From assembly GCA_051546255.1 (NCBI GenBank), contig CP128816.1, positions 372,001-436,000 of the forward strand: a stretch of 64,000 nt of DNA, read 5' to 3'. This DNA comes from Meyerozyma guilliermondii. Its lineage: Eukaryota. The notes below the pieces were generated by a model. That model ran no database searches. It worked only from the letters and a program-made list of their open reading frames with translations, and had not been told where the DNA came from. The translations under genes and the position numbers were made by a program. Below, one piece after another: positions 9,773 to 19,521 of this stretch (position 1 is its first letter; each line of letters starts with the position of its first letter).

Positions 9773-10765
9773 ATGGCTGATGAGTTCCCAGCCTTGTGTA
9801 GCGACTGCTTTGGTCCCAACAAAAACATCAAGATGGTGAAGCAACAAAACGGAGAGGAATGTAAGTCATGTACACGGCCCTTCACAGTGTTTCGATGGAA
9901 TAATAAAACTGGTTCTCGTCGTTCCAAAAAGACCATTATTTGCATTACATGTGCACGAGCAAAGCATTGCTGTCAGAGTTGCATGTTGGACATTGTATAC
10001 CGAATACCGTTAGAAATCAGAGACACAGCACTTAAAATGGCTGGTCTTGAGGGTGCTTTTGGAGATGCAAAAATGCTCGGAGAAGGACCTGCTTTTCGAG
10101 AAACCAAGGCTATCAAGGCTGATCGGGCTGAAGCTGCGTACCGAAACCAAGATGACACGATGCCTGTAAGCGAAAAGGAGAAAAAAGCTCGAGAAATGCT
10201 TGAAAAATTATCGCTGCGATTAACAGAGAAAGAAGCACATAGCGGTCAAAAGTCAATTAAATCTGCCAAAGAACTGCTGAAAATAGATTTGAAGTCCGGA
10301 GACATACAAAAAGTTGTGTCTAAACTACCGTTCGGAGGACTGCTTGCTGACGACGATGCTACTTGTACATCATTTTTTGTTTTCGGTTTCGATGAGACTT
10401 TTCCTCAGTATATGCTAACCGACTACTGTTCCAAATTCGGTACTATAAAGTCAATTGTTATGGTGCACAGAGCAAAGTGTGCCTTTGTCACCTTCTCCTC
10501 CAAACTGTCAGCACAGGCATTTGCAACAGAGGTTGATAATAATGGGTTTAATAACAATAAGAAGACCGCAGGCATTTTGGTAATTGAGAAGTATTTTATG
10601 CGAGTAGCATGGGGCCACCCCACAAAACTAGGATACACAAACGATGACCAGAAGAAGATCAGATTGGTCGCAGACAGCGTTATGCGCCAACTTGCTGAAA
10701 AGGATAATAAGTCCAAACCTGAAAAAAGGCCCAGAATGCCCAGAATAGGAGCGAAAAAAGCATAG
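9773..10765 (+). CDS. SLT11: Slt11/Ecm2 pre-mRNA splicing factor
   Basis: N-terminal Zn fingers (CSDC, ECKSCTRPFTVFRW, CARAKHCCQSCMLD) plus RRM (KCAFVTF, RVAWG). Confidence 0.9.
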   Translation: MADEFPALCSDCFGPNKNIKMVKQQNGEECKSCTRPFTVFRWNNKTGSRRSKKTIICITCARAKHCCQSCMLDIVYRIPLEIRDTALKMAGLEGAFGDAKMLGEGPAFRETKAIKADRAEAAYRNQDDTMPVSEKEKKAREMLEKLSLRLTEKEAHSGQKSIKSAKELLKIDLKSGDIQKVVSKLPFGGLLADDDATCTSFFVFGFDETFPQYMLTDYCSKFGTIKSIVMVHRAKCAFVTFSSKLSAQAFATEVDNNGFNNNKKTAGILVIEKYFMRVAWGHPTKLGYTNDDQKKIRLVADSVMRQLAEKDNKSKPEKRPRMPRIGAKKA

Positions 10766-10968
10766 ATGAAATTTGCATAAAAACTGTTACGAAACCAAAA
10801 AGATGATAAATTAGTGAATTACAGGGAGTGATCTACAAACAGTGATTAATAGTGATTTACAAATCCACGTATCCTGGTGATACAGTAATATACGCTTCAT
10901 TGTCTCCACCTATTTCAGCCTTGCGCGTGTCTGCAGGACATTTCAACGAAATGTTTTCATACCAAACT

Positions 10969-11661
10969 ATGGAGTCCGAAACCAAGCTCCTCATACAAGT
11001 GGCCGCGGTCCTTTTACCGTTCTACATTGCCATAATACGACTTATGGTGATACTACCATCGCTCCGAACAAGAAAAGTGAAAGGAGAGACGAAAAAAATA
11101 GCCAATGTAGTTTGTGGGTCTCTGAAAAGCATCATGATATTCTTGGGTTCTGGAGGTCATACCGGCGAAATGCTTCGGATCGTGGAGAAAATAGATATCT
11201 CGGGCCTAAACCGTACTTGGATAGCATCGTCAGGCGACAATTCTTCTTTGAACAAGGCAAAGGTATACGAAGAGCAATACATTTGCCAACAAAACCCAAC
11301 TAAAGTAAATTTTTTGACGGTTCCAAGGGCAAGAAAAGTAGGCGAGTCGAAGCTCCTGGCTGTTGGAAGCACCCTTAGATCGTTTGTGGCCACTTGGAAA
11401 GCATTGTATGAGGAACCAAAACCCGATGTGGTTCTCCTTAATGGTCCTGGAACCAGTGTACCAATTGCTTATATTTTGTTTGCTTTCAAATACTTTGGCC
11501 TCTGTAACACCAAGATTATCTACATTGAGAGCTTGGCAAGGGTACACCTGCTAAGTTTGAGCGGAAGGTTGGTGACTCCTACAGCCAACCGAATCATAGT
11601 CCAATGGCCCCAAGCCAGAAACTCGTGTCACCGAGCAGAATACTACGGTATTTTGGTCTGA
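10969..11661 (+). CDS. ALG14: UDP-GlcNAc transferase subunit Alg14
   Basis: FLGSGGHTGEM, PRARKVGE, LNGPGT, IYIESLARV, VQWP. Start is ATG 10951 or 10969. Confidence 0.93.
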   Translation: MESETKLLIQVAAVLLPFYIAIIRLMVILPSLRTRKVKGETKKIANVVCGSLKSIMIFLGSGGHTGEMLRIVEKIDISGLNRTWIASSGDNSSLNKAKVYEEQYICQQNPTKVNFLTVPRARKVGESKLLAVGSTLRSFVATWKALYEEPKPDVVLLNGPGTSVPIAYILFAFKYFGLCNTKIIYIESLARVHLLSLSGRLVTPTANRIIVQWPQARNSCHRAEYYGILV

Positions 11662-11803
11662 GGGCTGAGATTGCCAAAATTGGTAATTCCTGCTATAATC
11701 TAACAACTTAGTCGTTGATTCCCCATATTGCTTCTTCCTGCATTTTGGGCGATGAGATGAGCGTCGAGTGTGGGGTCAATGCTCCGGTGATCTTCAACAC
11801 CAT

Positions 11804-13759
11804 ATGAACAATGGACGAGGAAGCACCTTTAATGGGTGTATTTTGGAGTTTCCTGGGGTAGCCGCTGACAAATTCAACTGCAACGCTAGTATATTTTTGC
11901 TCAGTCATCACCACGCAGACCACACTATTGGACTTCGAAATCGAACATTTAACAGACGAGTTTATTGCTCCAAAGGAACCAAGAAACTTTTGGAGAGCAA
12001 CGAGTCATACAACCACATACAGCATCTAATAAGAGCCTTGGATTACAATCGCCAGTATACTTTGAACGTGGAACAAGACAAGGAGATTACTCTGGTCGTT
12101 GTGACTTTGATCCCGTCTTACCATTGTCCTGGATCTTGCATGTTTTTGATAGAGCAAGACGAGAAGGCTGTTATTTATACTGGCGACATCAGAGCAGAAG
12201 ACTGGTGGATTAAGGGCCTTCCGTACAATCAATTCTTGTACCCTTATACATCTTCCAAGCAGCTAGAAAACATCTATATCGATACCACATTTGCTTATCG
12301 AGGAGAACCATACGCCAAGTACGCTACGAATTCAGATGCTTTGAAAATATTAGCTGGAATACTTGCTTTGTACCCGAAAGATGATCCTGAAATTCAATTT
12401 TATTTCAACGATAGCGTTTCTGGATTGGACGAATGCTGGATCAAACTAGCATATGAATTTGGGCTCGAAATACATGCTGAAGCAACAAACAGCAAGATCC
12501 TAAATGTCGTTGAAGTCACGGAAACATTACCCTCGTACGGTGGTCGGCACACTTTCACTCATACTATAGAAGGCACAAAAGCTCCACAAAAATCAAAGCT
12601 ACATGCCTGTGGAAGATACTGGAAATGCACTGAACCCAAGGCGAAGTTTCCCGTCTCAATTTGCCAATACTCGGACTTCAATGTGGTAGATTTTGCTGCG
12701 GCTTCTATGCCAATCAGAATAGACTCGATACATGGAGTCGACATAGAAGGCTTGAAAAAAATTGATACAACCGCAAAAGGGAACAAAATTTACAACTTCA
12801 AGAATCGAGTGTGGCTTCTTTCACAGGATGGTACGGAGCTTCTTCCTGATAATTTGAAACTCTTGTTCAGTCGCCATTCGTCTTACGAAGAGACTGTCAA
12901 TTTCATGAGTATATTCAAGCCGAAACAGGTCTTTCCGTGTTGCGAATCCAGACAAACATGGCTCAATGGGTTTACCGTCAAGCGTATATTTGGCAGCGTA
13001 TGTTCGCCTGGAATGGAATCTTCCTACGATCAGATGATGGAGAGAGAACACGGAATGCCTCTTTCTCAAATTACTGATCGAGAAGTGAAACAAGTCAATC
13101 GATGGTCAGTGGCAGAATGTGAACAAGAGCGGAAGTTTGTAGCTGGTTTCTACTCAAAGCTTGACCAGAACCCTGGAAATGGAAAGCTGTTAGCATTGGA
13201 GTATGCGAAAGATTACAGAACCAATACTTATACTGGTGAAGTCGCCAAAGATGCCAAAAACTATGACTATAAGGTTCAGGATTTGGTTGCGGGCCGAAGA
13301 GAAAAGTGGTATTCCAACTTTATTGAAAACTGCCAAAACGAATACTTCGAAATGCTTCAATATGGCGAGCTGTCGGGAAGCAAGAAAGATGTTCACTCAT
13401 CCAGCATTTTCATGCCCAGCTCCTCTGATAACGACCTGATCCCTAGTTCTGCGGTGAAAGAATCCATGAGAAACTTAAGCGAATTACTGAACATGAAAAA
13501 ACGACAGCCTTATTTAGTCCGAAAGCCCAACTGTCGCAATCTCGATATGCGAACCAGGTCGATGGTGTTTTCCAGCTTTGACTCTTTCGAGATGTCTTTT
13601 GCAGAGAATACGACAACCAATAACAATGGCAACCAGGTTCTTTTCAGGTCAGGTAATAAGTTCGACGCCGAGAGTGTTGCGTCAATCAATGCCAAATTAC
13701 GAGGAAACCCCGACCTATGGAGCCTGACTCCTCTGACTAAACTCACCTTGAAACCTTGA
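11804..13759 (+). CDS. Artemis-like (SNM1C-type) metallo-beta-lactamase/beta-CASP nuclease
   Basis: Catalytic domain at the N-terminus: STFNG..LEFPGV..DKF, LSHHHADH, HCPGSCMFL, YTGDIR, IYIDTTF, FSRHSSYEE. Confidence 0.8.
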   Translation: MNNGRGSTFNGCILEFPGVAADKFNCNASIFLLSHHHADHTIGLRNRTFNRRVYCSKGTKKLLESNESYNHIQHLIRALDYNRQYTLNVEQDKEITLVVVTLIPSYHCPGSCMFLIEQDEKAVIYTGDIRAEDWWIKGLPYNQFLYPYTSSKQLENIYIDTTFAYRGEPYAKYATNSDALKILAGILALYPKDDPEIQFYFNDSVSGLDECWIKLAYEFGLEIHAEATNSKILNVVEVTETLPSYGGRHTFTHTIEGTKAPQKSKLHACGRYWKCTEPKAKFPVSICQYSDFNVVDFAAASMPIRIDSIHGVDIEGLKKIDTTAKGNKIYNFKNRVWLLSQDGTELLPDNLKLLFSRHSSYEETVNFMSIFKPKQVFPCCESRQTWLNGFTVKRIFGSVCSPGMESSYDQMMEREHGMPLSQITDREVKQVNRWSVAECEQERKFVAGFYSKLDQNPGNGKLLALEYAKDYRTNTYTGEVAKDAKNYDYKVQDLVAGRREKWYSNFIENCQNEYFEMLQYGELSGSKKDVHSSSIFMPSSSDNDLIPSSAVKESMRNLSELLNMKKRQPYLVRKPNCRNLDMRTRSMVFSSFDSFEMSFAENTTTNNNGNQVLFRSGNKFDAESVASINAKLRGNPDLWSLTPLTKLTLKP

Positions 13760-13996
13760 TCGTATCCTCATTACTACTTTCTATTTAACAAACTTGCAAG
13801 TCAATACCACAGTATCATCTCGATACTAAATTTTAGGGCCACATAGCTTTAGAATCACCTAATACTATGGATTATCACTCCAACACTTTTTGATATCTCA
13901 GTACTTTAAAATACCATTTCACTTCTCCGAAGTATTACTTCAACTCTTTCAATAAATCCTTTCCCTCTTCTCCTTTCCTTCTCCTTCCCTTCCTTC

Positions 13997-14332
13997 TCAA
14001 TTCTCTCTCCACTGGTGATTACACTTGACACATTTGTAGAAAGTCGTCATCGGCTCATCAGCAGATCGTATTTGCAATTGGAAAAAGTATGCCTTGTCTC
14101 CGCCACAGCTGTCAACAGGACATTGTGCCGCGGTCTGGTCCACATTCTCCCACGCTCCATCTCCTCCAAGAACATCATCAACCTGCTTTCTTGACAAATT
14201 CTTGCGATCGTACATCTGTAATCCATTGATCTTGAACTCATATGGACATGTCGTGCAATACAAGCGATTGCAGCCATCTTCACTCAGCCCCACAAGCAAC
14301 ATGTTCGAGCAGTATGGGCAAAAAGAAAGCAT
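13997..14332 (-). CDS. RPC11: RNA polymerase III subunit C11
   Basis: MLSFCPYCSNML and the TFIIS-like QLQIRSADEPMTTFYKC..C.H.WREN. Confidence 0.97.
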   Translation of the reverse strand: MLSFCPYCSNMLLVGLSEDGCNRLYCTTCPYEFKINGLQMYDRKNLSRKQVDDVLGGDGAWENVDQTAAQCPVDSCGGDKAYFFQLQIRSADEPMTTFYKCVKCNHQWREN

Positions 14333-14492
14333 GGCAAGACCGGGGATCAACTACAAACGGTGCAACAGTCGCAGGCTGCGATGGGCATCGGCAGTTGAGC
14401 TTGGTCTGTGTACAGGATTTTTCATAGCGACCAGTTCGCGGTTGGATAGTTGGAGACTTGCAACGCGACGACAAGGTGCTTGACCCATTCCT

Positions 14493-16826
14493 ATGCCATC
14501 ATCTGAGAACAATGGAACCTCCCAGGATGCTACGGATGTACATTTGAACACACCCACCAAACAAAAGCGCACCAATGCTAATATAGAGGGCAGATATTTC
14601 TCTTCACCAACCAGTGCTCGTCGAGGAATCCTTCGTTCTGGTACAAAGAGCCAAGGTGATGTGCTGATACTGCCTCGAAACGGCTCCAGCGGCCGCTCCG
14701 AGTCCAGGTCCCCGAGAAAGAGGAGCTCTAAACTTGAATTGGAACAGATATATGATGAACAAGACGACCTTGAAGAAGCAGAACGAATAATTAACGAGTC
14801 TCGAAACGAAGAATTACACGAAGAGAATAATGAAGAGGCCGCAAAACACCCCAAAGAATACAAAGACTTTCATTTCGAGGAAGATCTCGCGGATGTTGAA
14901 GAAAAAGAGTACGGTCTGAACGAGGACAATGATAAAAACGATGAACACAAAAATGACGAAAATGACGAAAATGAGACGGAGGAAATCCCTCAAAGCGGGC
15001 CAGGGATACGCCGAAGACCCCGTAGAGCAGCGAAAAAAGCGCTTGAAGCGGCACGAAATGCATATTCAGATGACTATATGGACTCGAGTGAAGAAGCAGA
15101 ATTCAACAGCAGTGAAGCCAGTGACGACAGCAACATGTCAGACGTAAATGAGGGTAGCGATGACTCTACTGTGGAAACGGCAAGTGACGACGAGGCTGTG
15201 TACCAAGAACCGATAAAACATAAAAGAGGACGACCACCCAAACGAAGACGAGAGAGTGCAGAAGAAACCGAGGTAGATGTGATGGAGACCGAGCTTACGC
15301 CTAAAAGACGAGTTGGACGTCCGTCCAAAAATATCATTACGGCCAAAATTAAGAGCATATTTGAGCAGGATGATGAGATGCTAGGTGTTGAAAAGTCGCC
15401 TTTGAAGCCTATTGCTACAACAATTGCATCACCACAGAACCGTAAAAGGGACACAGATATATGGGCAGAATTTGACAAAATAAAGACCGAAGAGGACAAA
15501 ACTCCGTTTGTGATTAGTGGCATTGAGAGCACAGAGTCTGAGACGAAAAAAGACCCTAAAAAATTTGTTCCATTTCCCGAACCCAAAGTCAACGCCAAAG
15601 GGAAGATAGACCCAGATTATCTTCGCAAGCATCTACCTAATATCGATTTCGAAGCCAGAGGAGCAGATTTAATGGACGATCGGTCTTTCTTCATGGAAGG
15701 CACCGAAGGCTATTTTGAACAGCATAGCATGCGCCCAAAGTTGGGGCGAAGTTCATTGGCTCTGCTTGCTCCAAATGTGGAATACAGTGACTTCATATTG
15801 TATAACAAACTTCCCCAGCTCATCAAGCAGAGTGCTATACAACAATTGGAAGACATGCACAGGGCCCTATATCACCAGTGGTGTTTTGAGCTCTCGGAAG
15901 GATACAGCATAAACTTTTTCGGATTTGGTTCTAAACGGCAGATGATCATTGATTTCGTCCAAAACTATCTTCTTGAGTGGATTGCAGGTCATTTCGACAC
16001 AGAAGAGACGAAGGAAATCGAAGCTTTCATCGTCAACGGCTACAATCCAAATACTCAACTCAAGCAACTTGTGTACGAGATTCAGTCAATACTCGTCCCG
16101 AAAGAAGTACAAAAGAAGCTCAAGTTTTCGAAACATATTTTTGAAACGATTCCATTGATGCTTAAGTACCTTGGTTCAGTCAGACCAGAAAAGGTTATTC
16201 CCCGAGCAGTTGTTGCAATTCACAACGTCGATGGCCCAGCTTTTCTGGATGAAAAAACCCAGAGTTTACTCTCGCAACTAGCATCTCTCCCAGAAATCTG
16301 GCTCATTACCTCGACTGACAATATCAATGCATCGCTCTTGTGGGATCTGTTCAAGCTCAAGAATTTCAACTTCGTTTGGCATGACCTAACCACGTATCAG
16401 CCATATACCGTGGAACTTTCATTTAAAGACTTACTTAACACGGGCAAATCGACCAAGTTTGTTGGTACTCGAGGTGCTAAATATGTCTTGAGCTCATTGA
16501 CTGTAAATGCGCGGAACTTATACCGAACTCTCTTAGAGTTGCAAATTGAAAATCTCACCAAAAATGCAGCCAGCGAAGCTGCCAAGGCAAATCTCAAGGG
16601 AAATCTCAAGTTGGCAGTTGGTTTCAAACAGCTATATGACGCTTGTAGCGAGCAATTTATCACCTCCAATGAGATCAGTTTCCGCACCATGTTGGGTGAA
16701 TTCGTCGAGCACAAAATGTGCAATTTGAAAAAAAATTCATCTGGAGGAGAGGTGGTGTTTGTTCCGTTCAGCTACGACGAGATGAGAAAGCTACTTTCCG
16801 AAGAATTTTCGGTGTCCATAGATTAG
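14493..16826 (+). CDS. ORC2: Origin recognition complex subunit 2
   Basis: EGYFEQ, QWCFELSEGYSINFFGFGSKR, NFVWHDLTT, EFVEHKM; acidic N-terminus with AT-hook-like KRGRPPK and RVGRPSK. Confidence 0.93.
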   Translation: MPSSENNGTSQDATDVHLNTPTKQKRTNANIEGRYFSSPTSARRGILRSGTKSQGDVLILPRNGSSGRSESRSPRKRSSKLELEQIYDEQDDLEEAERIINESRNEELHEENNEEAAKHPKEYKDFHFEEDLADVEEKEYGLNEDNDKNDEHKNDENDENETEEIPQSGPGIRRRPRRAAKKALEAARNAYSDDYMDSSEEAEFNSSEASDDSNMSDVNEGSDDSTVETASDDEAVYQEPIKHKRGRPPKRRRESAEETEVDVMETELTPKRRVGRPSKNIITAKIKSIFEQDDEMLGVEKSPLKPIATTIASPQNRKRDTDIWAEFDKIKTEEDKTPFVISGIESTESETKKDPKKFVPFPEPKVNAKGKIDPDYLRKHLPNIDFEARGADLMDDRSFFMEGTEGYFEQHSMRPKLGRSSLALLAPNVEYSDFILYNKLPQLIKQSAIQQLEDMHRALYHQWCFELSEGYSINFFGFGSKRQMIIDFVQNYLLEWIAGHFDTEETKEIEAFIVNGYNPNTQLKQLVYEIQSILVPKEVQKKLKFSKHIFETIPLMLKYLGSVRPEKVIPRAVVAIHNVDGPAFLDEKTQSLLSQLASLPEIWLITSTDNINASLLWDLFKLKNFNFVWHDLTTYQPYTVELSFKDLLNTGKSTKFVGTRGAKYVLSSLTVNARNLYRTLLELQIENLTKNAASEAAKANLKGNLKLAVGFKQLYDACSEQFITSNEISFRTMLGEFVEHKMCNLKKNSSGGEVVFVPFSYDEMRKLLSEEFSVSID

Positions 16827-16920
16827 CTTACTGTGCCATAGCCTTGTAAAACCGCAGCCGCACACCCAGCCGTCTGCGACAATCGCACTCGCATTTCAAT
16901 TCGTGCCCCCAAGATTCACC

Positions 16921-19419
16921 ATGAGTGGCTTTCCCAAGCTCCCAGATGGAGCACAGCTTTCTGTGGGATCCCACAAGGTGACAATCGTGCGATATTTGTC
17001 CGAGGGAGGCTTCGCTCACATTTATGAGGTTCAAATAGCAACGGACGATAAAAAAGGAAGGGTCGGCTGCTTGAAGCGTGTCATTGTTCCGGATAAAGGA
17101 GGTTTAAACCAGCTCCGAAAAGAAGTGGATGTGATGAAAACACTCCGCAAATCACGTAGTATTGTCCAGTACTACGATTCCCATGCCGAAAGGCTTGATA
17201 ATGGCACATACCAGGTATTGGTTCTCATGGAACTTTGCCCCAACAAATCGCTTCTCGATTATATGAATGCCAAGATTAAAACCAAGCTCACGGAGCCGGA
17301 AATCCTCAAGATCATGAAGGATATTGGCATTGGTGTGTTTGAAATGCATAAAAAGTACTTGATCCACCGAGACATCAAGATCGAGAACGTGCTTATAGAC
17401 GCCAAGCACAACTTCAAGTTGTGTGATTTCGGCTCCACGTCTCCCCCTATCCCTCCTCCGGCCGACCAGAATCAAATGAGAGTGCTAGCACACGATATCA
17501 TGTACCAAACGACGCCCCAGTACCGTTCTCCCGAGATGATCGATCTCTATCGAGGATTTCCCATAGACCAAAAAGCGGATATCTGGGCCCTTGGTTGTTT
17601 TCTTTACAAACTATGTTACTACACTACTCCCTTTGAGGCCCACGGCGACATCGCCATATTGCATGCGTCGTTTCAATTCCCCCCTGCTCCAGCTTACTCA
17701 GGTGACTTAAAGAACCTCATTATCATTATGCTTCAGGAAAACCCTGTCATGCGCCCTACTATAGTCCAAGTCCTCATGTTAGTGGCCAAAATGCTTCACG
17801 TAGACTTTACCGAGTGGAAAATCGAGGACATTTATGCTACTGGAGAATACAACTTCCACGCACTCAGCGAATACCAGAGACAGCGCCAAGAGGAGATGAT
17901 GAAGCAACAACAAATGTACTACCAGCAGCAAAGCTGGAAACCAGACCAACACAACCAACAACAGTTGAACCATTACAATCAATACAAACCGAGCCAACCA
18001 GCACAAAAGGTGCACGGTCACCTTATCCCACAAAAGTCAAGATTACCCAGCCAAGAAGAACCCAGCCAAGTCAGTGAGGCAATGCCAGATACTGTGGGAT
18101 CATTGGACAAGCAGCATTCATCATCCAGCTCAGACGGCTTTCCTGAAATTGCAGATCTCGATAACATCAACGAAAGATATCCATCAGTCGAAAATCTTCT
18201 TGCAGATATTAACTCTGAGAAACCTTTGGAGAGGTCCAGTAGAGAAGGGACCGATAAGACAGGAGAACTGCACAAGAGCTACGGATCAAGGGCACTGTCC
18301 AAGCACAGTGTAGAGGATAGTAGAAGCCATATACCAACCGTCAGTCCTTCAGAGCCTCACTCCAATTTATATCAAGAACCCTCGCAGACGAAACCAAAAC
18401 ATAAACTCGACAACAAGGAAGCATGGGAGACTCATAAGTCGTATATTGATAAAAATGCCGAACAATTGGCTGATGATATCTTTGCTCGTCCCCATTCTAC
18501 AATTCCTAATCAAGAGTCCAGAAAGAGCACCGAGCTTCAACGTACAGTTTCTGAAGGAGCTGCTGTCCAGGCGTCAAACTACGACCTTGAAAATGATTTC
18601 GTTAACGATTATGTTGACCAAGAGCCGGAACCTGAAGAGAAGAAAGTCCAAGGATCAGTTCAAGGTCAAGTTCAAAATCAAGGACAAGCTCCAGGTCCGA
18701 AGACAGAGGAAAAACAGCCCGAATTGGGTGCTGGATTTCTGCCATCATTGGTACCAAACACCGTTTCAGTGAAGCCTGTGCCCGTACCGAACAACATGGC
18801 TCCATTACAAGCTAGTCCTGAGATGCATGCTATGAACTATTTCAGTCCCGCTCAAGAACCATCTCGAGTCCCCAGTCTTTCACGCCACCGTCATTCCAGC
18901 AGCAATATTGGATCTAGCTATGAAAAGGATGCACCACCGCTTCCTACTCGCAAAAGCGCCAACCCATGGGGCAGCTATACGCTTCCCAAAGTTGACAAAC
19001 CAGATGAAACACAGTTTGAAGCATTGCAAATAAGCACGCCCAAGGAGCACGAAATAAGACTGGCAAAGCATCAGAGCAAGAATTCTGCCGCGGATTCCAA
19101 TTTAATCGATTTAGAAGTTGGGTTGGAATCGTCTAGTTCAAGCATAAGCGGTCCAGAAGTAATGGATGGAAGAGACTTGCACCTTGCCCAGGGACCTTCA
19201 TTAATTGATCTCGATATCGAGGAAACGCCATTGCCCGATAAACCACATTTCAAAAAGAGGATCTCTTCTGCCCAGGCTCCTGCTTCGATGAGTCTTCAAG
19301 AAGAGGTGATTGATTTTGCGTCTGACGACGAGAACCCCGATAACCAGTCGAACATGAACCGGTTGTCCATTAGAAACTCTCTTTCAAAGAAAAAGGCCAA
19401 GGAACACAGAAAGAGCTAA
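16921..19419 (+). CDS. AKL1: Ark/Prk-family Ser/Thr kinase, Akl1-like
   Basis: YLSEGGFAHIY, HRDIKIENVL, TTPQYRSPEMIDLY, YKLCYYTTPFE; next to ORC2 as in S. cerevisiae. Confidence 0.82.
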   Translation: MSGFPKLPDGAQLSVGSHKVTIVRYLSEGGFAHIYEVQIATDDKKGRVGCLKRVIVPDKGGLNQLRKEVDVMKTLRKSRSIVQYYDSHAERLDNGTYQVLVLMELCPNKSLLDYMNAKIKTKLTEPEILKIMKDIGIGVFEMHKKYLIHRDIKIENVLIDAKHNFKLCDFGSTSPPIPPPADQNQMRVLAHDIMYQTTPQYRSPEMIDLYRGFPIDQKADIWALGCFLYKLCYYTTPFEAHGDIAILHASFQFPPAPAYSGDLKNLIIIMLQENPVMRPTIVQVLMLVAKMLHVDFTEWKIEDIYATGEYNFHALSEYQRQRQEEMMKQQQMYYQQQSWKPDQHNQQQLNHYNQYKPSQPAQKVHGHLIPQKSRLPSQEEPSQVSEAMPDTVGSLDKQHSSSSSDGFPEIADLDNINERYPSVENLLADINSEKPLERSSREGTDKTGELHKSYGSRALSKHSVEDSRSHIPTVSPSEPHSNLYQEPSQTKPKHKLDNKEAWETHKSYIDKNAEQLADDIFARPHSTIPNQESRKSTELQRTVSEGAAVQASNYDLENDFVNDYVDQEPEPEEKKVQGSVQGQVQNQGQAPGPKTEEKQPELGAGFLPSLVPNTVSVKPVPVPNNMAPLQASPEMHAMNYFSPAQEPSRVPSLSRHRHSSSNIGSSYEKDAPPLPTRKSANPWGSYTLPKVDKPDETQFEALQISTPKEHEIRLAKHQSKNSAADSNLIDLEVGLESSSSSISGPEVMDGRDLHLAQGPSLIDLDIEETPLPDKPHFKKRISSAQAPASMSLQEEVIDFASDDENPDNQSNMNRLSIRNSLSKKKAKEHRKS

Positions 19420-19521
19420 GTAGAGTTACCTTTCCTATTCTTATAGACTCGAAAGCGTAGTTTCGCGCGAATCGATGCTCATCGAAATTTTATTTGTAGT
19501 TGGTGAGCAGAATTAAAGGCT

